Positions 54,902-64,000 of a stretch of 64,000 bases of DNA are shown piece by piece. The notes under the pieces are model-generated. The model made no database searches and was not told the origin of the DNA. It saw only the letters and a list, made by a program, of their open reading frames with translations. Both the position numbers and the translations under genes were made by a program. The DNA lies in contig OX597824.1 of NCBI GenBank assembly GCA_951406725.2, forward strand, positions 13,950,001 to 14,014,000, read 5' to 3'. The number at the start of each line of letters is the position of its first letter. Position 1 is the first letter of the stretch. Source of the stretch: Octopus vulgaris. Taxonomy: Eukaryota.

Positions 54902-55105
54902 TATCTTCATCATCATCATTATTATAATTTATTTGTCGAAGTTCTTTCGTCACACATCTTGTGACCTCTTTGACGACACTCTAGCCCACGTGTCTCCTCT
55001 TGTTCTCTGAAGAGCTAACAAGATGTGCGACTAAAGAACTTTGACAAAAAAAACTAAAATGATAATAATAAAGCTGAAGTGATGACCAAATATACAGTGC
55101 GTGTG

Positions 55106-55142
<37 letters not shown>

Positions 55143-55205
55143 ATAAAAATGGTAAGTCAACAAAAGAAAGAAAGAGACTTCGATATTATGTAAATAGAGG
55201 AATTT

Positions 55206-55368
55206 ATCTGTAAATGTAATATGTGACAATTATTCGGTAGCCATGATAAAACTCCGAGTTTCCGATGGCCGGATAACTGAAGAGATGGCGGCGTGGATTT
55301 CCACCTCGGCATCCGAAACTCGGAGTTTTATCTATGGCTACCGAATAATTGTCACATATTACATTTAC

Positions 55369-55372
<4 letters not shown>
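55206..55372. repeat. Fold-back palindrome between (TA)n tracts
   Basis: atctgtaaatgtaatatgtgacaattattcggtagccat..aaaactccgagttt / aaactcggagtttt..atggctaccgaataattgtcacatattacatttacagat. Confidence 0.9.
55272..55332 (+). ncRNA. Type I hammerhead ribozyme, intact core
   Basis: gataa-CTGAAGA-gatg..gtggatttccac..catcc-GAAA-ctcggag-TT-ttatc. 5-bp stem I; GUU triplet. Confidence 0.7.
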
Positions 55373-55443
<71 letters not shown>

Positions 55444-56697
55444 ATACATAGATATGATTTTGTTTTCGTTCAATTCTAGTGTTGTTAGGTAGGCAGGAAA
55501 GAATGTCATCGACCTCTAAGAAGTGTTATATATATATAACGTTAACCCATTTATCTGCTAAATTTCCTCCACCTCAAGGACTCTCTGCCTACTGCGGCGC
55601 TCCTCGATTCTCGAAAAAGACAAATAAACAAGATCGCAATATTTTCACATGCGCCATCAAAATGTTTTGTAAGTGGTTAGGCGACACACAGCTTCTGCCG
55701 ATCGCGTAACTTGCACCACCATCCGCTTGTTTGCTACTTTTTTCAATAAGAAAACGCGATTAATTTACCGTAGATAAGCCTACCTCTGGCATAAAGATTA
55801 ACTTACGAAAAATTAACCGATGTTCTCTAAGACGAACGCTAAACTTTCGATACTTATCACAGAAAAAAATCAGCGTCCACAATACCAAAAAAACGGGTAT
55901 TTTGTAATCCTTTATCCTTATTAAACAGATGTATAAAATATACATATTTAACATACTCTCTTTACTCTTTTACTTGTTTCAGTCATTTGACTGTGGCCAT
56001 GCTGGAGCACCGCCTTTAACACGTGCGATGGAGAAGCTAAGGCGTTGGGAAAGCCAAGCACACTTACGTGTGTTACGTAGGCCTTAAATTTCTAGTCTTA
56101 GGAAGTCATGTAAAGTACCATGTTGTTTTTTCAGGTTTTGTTTTGGTGTTGAACTTGAGCGAGCTGCTTATAAGTATTACGGATCTCCGTCGCTTTCTAC
56201 GATTAGTGTCACGTCTGTTCGATCAACGTATCTGCCCAGTTCATTGAAGTCGTATGCAATTTGGCTCAATATTTCACTGACATGTGCACCTTAAATATGA
56301 TCTTCTAAGAGGAAAACCAGCGCGACCCAGTATATGATAAGATTGGCCCTTTGAATTACAGGCACATTCCATGCAGCAGGCTTCCACACAGTTTCCGTCT
56401 GCACAATTTCACTCATAAATCATGAGCCGACCCAGGATTATGGGAAAGGAAACTTACTCAAAAAGCCGTGTAGTGGGAACGAACCCAGAACCTCGTGACT
56501 GCAAAAGCGAACTACTTAAGTGCATTCAGCCACTGTTCCAGCATCTATTGTTTACAGTTCTAACTATCAATAAAACATAATTATCAGATAAAAAGCGACA
56601 TGATGTTGAAATTTGATACCGAATGAGAAATACATATTCCTCTGGAAAAGATTGATAACTGATGATAACTAGTCATGAAATATGTTCTACGTGACAC

Positions 56698-56768
<71 letters not shown>

Positions 56769-56803
56769 CAGCAGCAGCAGCAGCGGTAGCGGTGGTGGTG
56801 GTG

Positions 56804-56889
<86 letters not shown>

Positions 56890-57070
56890 GGTGTTGGTGG
56901 TGCGGCGGCGGCGGCGGCGGCGGCGAAATGACAGAATTCCTCCCAAATCGACTTTGCCTTTCATCCCCCTTCGTGGTCGATGAAATAAGTTCCAGCTGAG
57001 AACTGGGATCGATGTCATCGACTAGCTCCCTCCCCCAAACCTGCTGATAAAACCATTATTATCATTATTA

Positions 57071-57796
<726 letters not shown>

Positions 57797-58487
57797 TATT
57801 ATTATTATTATTGGAGCAGATCCGATAAGTTTGGCTCCTGTCTTTTACTGTGCGTGGTCTTTATTACAGAAATAAAGCAATAGAGTCAGACATTTGTTAA
57901 AAGATATTAAAGGGTTGTTACATGTCTAATGACTCGAACCAACGAGGAGGGGAACCGCTATGACATGCGGGGTAAACATTTTTATTATTAGGGGGCGAAC
58001 TGCAACTTAATATGAACCCGCGGGGGCGTGTCAGAGCCGATGTATATTTAATTCTACCTATTCGTATGTATGCATGCAACTCATATTACCGCTTAAATCG
58101 TTTTAACATAAGGGATTTTCAGAGAGTTCTTCAGCAGGCAGTTTCAGGCTCCTATGCTATCGAGGTGTTCGTCATTCGGGCTTCGTTTAACCGCTTGACC
58201 TGGTAGAAATAGCAAACAAAATGTCCTTAAAATTACTCCCTGCTACAGTCATAAAATAAGACGGGATGCTCATGGATATTCGCCTTTAATCCTAAGGTTA
58301 TTCATTCTGGGCTGACCTAGGGCCAAACAACAACAGCAATGTCGAGTGGTTACGTAGAAGCTCCTACAATCGGCCCGACCAATACCTTATAACGGAAACT
58401 GCGTGGAAGCTTGTCGTCCGTATGTGTGTGTGTGTATGTGTGGGTGTGTATGTGAGTGTGTGTGTGTATGTGTGTGTGTATGTGTGT

Positions 58488-58576
<89 letters not shown>

Positions 58577-59400
58577 AGTATTTGTTTCACCTGTATGCTC
58601 ACAGGTCTCCAAACAGTTTCAAGAGGTTGATTCGACCACTTGACAACAGAAATTGTTTTATTTTAGTCCTTGTAACTTAGCGGTTCGGTAAAAGAGAACA
58701 GGCTTTAAAAAAATAAGTTCTGCGGTCGATATGTTTGATCAAAAACCCTTCAAGTTGCAGTCTAATGCAAGATAGAAAATAATTTTAAAAATACACTCTA
58801 AGGTCACGTAAGCATGACTGCGATGACACTTCGCTGAAGAGATGTAACAAGACAGAAACATTCACAGAGATGTTTTATCACAGAAAAGACTCACTCCCAA
58901 CTTTACGACACACCACTCCACATAATTAGACTATTCATAAATTTGATATTCGGATTTGTATATTAAAACGGATAGTAATCCTTGTGGTTTTTCTACATAT
59001 TTATGTTTTTCGTTCACTCTATTACGTTTACTAGCAGCGCTCCCACTTAATCATGTACATAGGTCCAAACATATGTTTGTATGTAAGTATGTATATAGAT
59101 TTGTGTGGGTGTATGAAAGAATGAATGCCTATGAATGGATATAGGCATATATAGTATATGTATGTATATATATATATATGTGTGTATGTGTGTGTGTGTG
59201 TATAGTATAATATATTACATACAGACAAGTAATACAATATATGTATATATATATATATATATACGTGTATATAGATATGTGGATGTATACACACACACAC
59301 ACACATATATATATACATACATATATATATAGTATAATATATTATATACATATATGTAATATAATATATATATACGTGCTACATGTATATAGATATCTGG

Positions 59401-59477
<77 letters not shown>

Positions 59478-59510
59478 GTATGTATGTATATATGTATAAA
59501 TATATCAACC

Positions 59511-59555
<45 letters not shown>

Positions 59556-59970
59556 TGGAAATGGTTGATATATTTATACATACATACATACATACATACA
59601 TACATACATACATACATACATACATGCATACATATATATGTGTGTGTCTGTGGTTGAGGGTGTGCTTGTTTTGAATGTGGTTATATATGTGTGTGTATGA
59701 AGATGCATATTTGCATGTATGCGTGTGTATGCATATATATGTATGTATATATGACCATGCACGTGTATACCTATATCTGTGTGATCGTGTCAATGTATAT
59801 CTCTGGTTAAATATACTTTTCTGCGATTCTATGTATTTATTTATATTCCAGTTTTGTATTTCTGGTTTAGGTAGCTTTCCTCAGTTGTCAACAGATCGCA
59901 TTTCAGTTTTGCTAATTGTTACAAACACACGATTCACTAGACACCACCGCTGACTAACCATCTCTCTACC

Positions 59971-60006
<36 letters not shown>

Positions 60007-60479
60007 TATGTGTGTGTGTGTGTGCGTGCGTGTGTGTGTCTTTCACTTTCCCTCTCTCTATCTCTGTCTCCACCTCTCTTTCTCTCTATCTGTGTCTTTC
60101 TCTCACTCTTTCTTCCTCCCTTTCTCTCACGCTCTTGCTCTCTCTTTCTCGTTGTATACACGTATGCGAGTATATGTATATGTATATACACCTACACACC
60201 CATATATATAAGTATGTATATTTGTATATGCATACATACACACATATAAGTATATACGTATGTATATATAATATGTGTGTATAATATATGTGCATTATCA
60301 ATCTATATATATATATATGAATATGTATATATATGTATATGTATGTATATATATGTACATATAAGTATGTATGTATGTATATATAATATATGTGTATATA
60401 TATATAAGTGTATTATCAATATATATATATATGTATGTATATATGTATGTATATGTATATATATATATGTGTGTGTGGC

Positions 60480-60511
<32 letters not shown>

Positions 60512-60534
60512 CATACATATATATATATACATAC

Positions 60535-60588
<54 letters not shown>

Positions 60589-61247
60589 ATATGTAACTAT
60601 ATGTGTGTGTGTATGCCTGTGCATATGCAATTACATATATATCTATATGTATGTTTATATGTTTGTACGTGTGTATAAGTATTTGCGTGGGAGCTTTTGC
60701 CTCCCTATCTAGCTAACTATCTATCTATCTGTCTATCTTGCCTCAGCATCAACAGCTTCTAATCATGTATTACATTCCACTTAAAAAGACGCCCCACTCA
60801 AAGACAAAAGCATACACAGAGACACACACACACATGTATGTGCATATGTGTATATATATATATATAGACACAGACATGCACACGAGCGCGTATTTATACA
60901 TATATGCACAGAGAGAAACATAACTATGGCGCTCTATCAGAGCATCTAAAATGGAGACGCTGTACTTTCACATTCCTTGTTTAATAACAAGAGAAGATAT
61001 TTTAACAGGATATCTTGTCCATTCCATTCGATATTCTTTAACCGTTCTTGAATGTTTTCTTGTCACATTTCAAACAGTTCCTTCCCCTTATATTGCCTGA
61101 CGATACTTCATTCCATTTCCTTCGCATATGTTCTCACGCATGTTCAAAACGCGCGCGCGCACACACGCACACACACGTGTGATAGATCGTTAGCCACTAC
61201 ACACATTTTTTCTCTCCTTGTTTCTCTCCTTGTTTCTTTTCTGTGTA

Positions 61248-61285
61248 TCTTTCTGTTGAAGAGCGTAGGCTCGAAACGTAAAAGA
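61248..61285 (+). ncRNA. Minimal hammerhead-like fold in a pyrimidine-rich element ending at (TA)n
   Basis: tcttt-CTGTTGA-a-gagc-gtag-gctc-GAAA-cg-TA-aaaga. Perfect stems I and II, ACGU palindromic stem III, core A6>U. Confidence 0.55.
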
Positions 61286-61393
61286 CTTTTTCTATTCCCG
61301 AGCGTTATACTAATACATCTGTTTGTTTTGTACACCACATGTCTTCGTCTTTTGTTTTGTTTTTTTTCGTAAACTCTCCCTATATATATATAT

Positions 61394-61427
<34 letters not shown>

Positions 61428-61494
61428 TATCTGAAATGTACAGTATTATATATCCATCACGGCTGGGCTGATCTTCCAATTGGTTCCACGCTAA

Positions 61495-61898
61495 GAGTGG
61501 CTGTGTGGTAAGTAGCTTGCTTACCAGCCACATGGTTTCGGGTTCAGTCCCACTACGTTGCACCCTGGGCAAGTGTCTTCTACTATAGCCTCGGGCCGAC
61601 CAAAGTCTTGTGAGTGGATTTCGTAGACGGAAACTGAAAGAAGCCTGTCGTATATATGTATATGTACTTATCTATGTATGTGTGTGTGTGTGTTTGTGTG
61701 TCTGTGTTTGTCCCCCCAACATCGCTTGACAACCGATGCTGGTGTGTTTACGTTCCCGTAACTTAGCGTTTCGGCAAAAGAGAACGATAGAATAAGTACT
61801 AGGCTTCCAAAGAATATGTCCTGGGGTCGATTTGCTCGACTAAATGTGGTGCTCCAGCATGGTCACTGTCAAATAACTGAAACAAGTAAAAGAGTAAA
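61495..61898 (+). mobile_element. SINE 'family B', near full length
   Basis: Match to the B consensus. Confidence 0.9.
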
Positions 61899-61901
61899 AC
61901 A

Positions 61902-61949
<48 letters not shown>

Positions 61950-62768
61950 GTACATACATATACATGTATGAAATATGCACATACATGCTTATACGTACAT
62001 ATATGCATGAAACATACATATACATACTGAATTTTGAAATAATAGTATGTAATTCAATATGAGAAAAATTCCTCACGAAGATATATATATAAGTCTAAAA
62101 TAGTATTGTATTAAAAATATATATTAATATTTGAAACATAACAGTTTAAAAATCTGTTAATTAATGCATCTAACGATCGTTTCGCGAAAGTATTGTCATT
62201 ATAATGGAATCCATTGTTGATACGCATTGATAGATAACACTTCCGTTCGTTAAAGATGGAGAAGATATTATGTCTAAATACTTTATTAATGTCTAAATAC
62301 TTTATAGTATTAATATTTTTGACATTTTACACAAAGAACACTCATTATAAATTCAGTGTATAATATTCTAACGGAATATATTTAATTAAGGATACATATG
62401 TATATGGCCGACCAAAACCATCGCTTCACAACCGATATCGATGTGCTTACGTTCCCGTAACTTAACGATTCGGCAAAAGCGGCCGATAGAATAAGTACTA
62501 GGCTTACAAAGAATAAGTTCTGGATAAAAGAGAGCACCTTTACTGTTTTCTTCTTCTATACTGTTTTCTTCCTCCAACCTTCTCTAATTTCCTTTTCCTC
62601 CCCCTTCCTCCTTCACCGTGTTCTATCTGTCTCTCTGTCCCTCTCTCTCCACTCTTTCTCTTTTTCTCTCTCCCTCTCTCTCATTGCTCACACGTGACCA
62701 TCGTCCATCTTTCTTTTCCTCGCGTGATTGTCTTTCTTTTCCTGCACGGACGTTTAAACGAACGGACG

Positions 62769-62829
<61 letters not shown>

Positions 62830-63208
62830 TCTTTTCTCTTTTCAAAAACAAATTGTTTCTTCCAGCATTCACTATTTTCCTCTCGTCCTGGTCTAATGAC
62901 CCTCCATGTTTGTTTTCATTCGGTTTCCTTGTATGTCTCCACAGTCATTACACCCTCCCCCCCAACTTTGACCCTCCATAAATCCTAAATTTTATTTTAA
63001 AATTTATGGGAGCAACTGTCTTTTAAGACTCATTTTGCCGTTGAATGCTCGAAATGAAGAATAGATAGACAGCCAACAACTGACGAAGGGTCCTTTCTCT
63101 GTGTTAACTTGCCCTCTTTTCCATTTTTTTCTCGTTTACGTATTTCATGCTATTTCCACCGTTGGTGACGCCCTGCACACTTATATGCATGTATGTATAT
63201 AAGTATAT

Positions 63209-63351
<143 letters not shown>

Positions 63352-63396
63352 TATTATTTATTATTCAAATGAACGTGACGCATCCATTTCTAAGTA

Positions 63397-63455
<59 letters not shown>

Positions 63456-64000
63456 TATGTGTTAGTGTGTGGCGTGGTGTTGTGTGGCGTGGTGTTGTGT
63501 GGCGTGGTGTTGTGTGTGTGTGTTAGCGTTCTCAATTTGATATTTGATTAAACGCAATGCTCGAAAGTTAATTAGTTAATTAGTTTCACATTACATCGTT
63601 TTTTTTTTTTTTACTAAGCCAACGACATAAGAAAATTTTAACGAATGAACGTCAGATTTCGTAACGTATTATTAAGTCATATATTTTAACTAACCACAAT
63701 CAAATGAAGAGCTATATCGCATCACATACACACACACTTTCTTTCTCCCCCCCTCTCTCTCTCTCTCATTCTTTCTCGCTCTCTCTCACACACACATGTC
63801 ACTCGCAAGTGACTATAAAGTGGGAGCTTTTAACACGCTTTCGCTTGTTGTTTCAGGTGTCTGTGATATAGACACCAACAGGTATAGACACCCTCTCCAA
63901 TACTCAACCCAGCAGAGCATCGATGATGTAAGAAGTGGAGGGAGAGAGTGGGAGGTGTACCACCAGTCAGCTGGTACTCATTTTCAGTGACGTGGAATAA

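Noticed and set aside
55540-55930. Possible piggyBac (TTAACCC) or Helitron-like element
   Set aside because: Only one plausible terminus for either class; cannot be classified.

Overview
Eukaryotic, AT-rich, extremely microsatellite-dense DNA. The SINE, LINE and transposon repertoire suggests an octopus (coleoid cephalopod) genome; this is inferred from repeat families only. The only well-supported host coding sequence is a first coding exon (2033-2330, +) for a signal-peptide protein. It ends at a GTGAGT donor, and what follows looks like one intron of more than 61 kb. Almost all ORF-track entries are microsatellite artefacts. The intron contains four or more tRNA-derived SINE families, decayed Penelope-like, Tx1, RTE, CR1, R4 and BEL/Pao fragments, mariner, pogo and hAT MITEs, a Helitron, and minisatellites. 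Most notable: (1) about 10 minimal hammerhead-ribozyme folds from several unrelated families, many inside fold-back palindromes abutting (TA)n/(TG)n, including a sense-strand one about 290 nt after the splice donor; (2) a tRNA-Asp(GUC)-CCA/SINE chimeric retrocopy with a 16-bp target-site duplication; (3) SINE dimers and trimers with an invariant junction, plus a Tx1-like LINE sharing their 3' tail; (4) a poly-Q uORF upstream of the gene. All calls were made by eye, and repeat boundaries are approximate.
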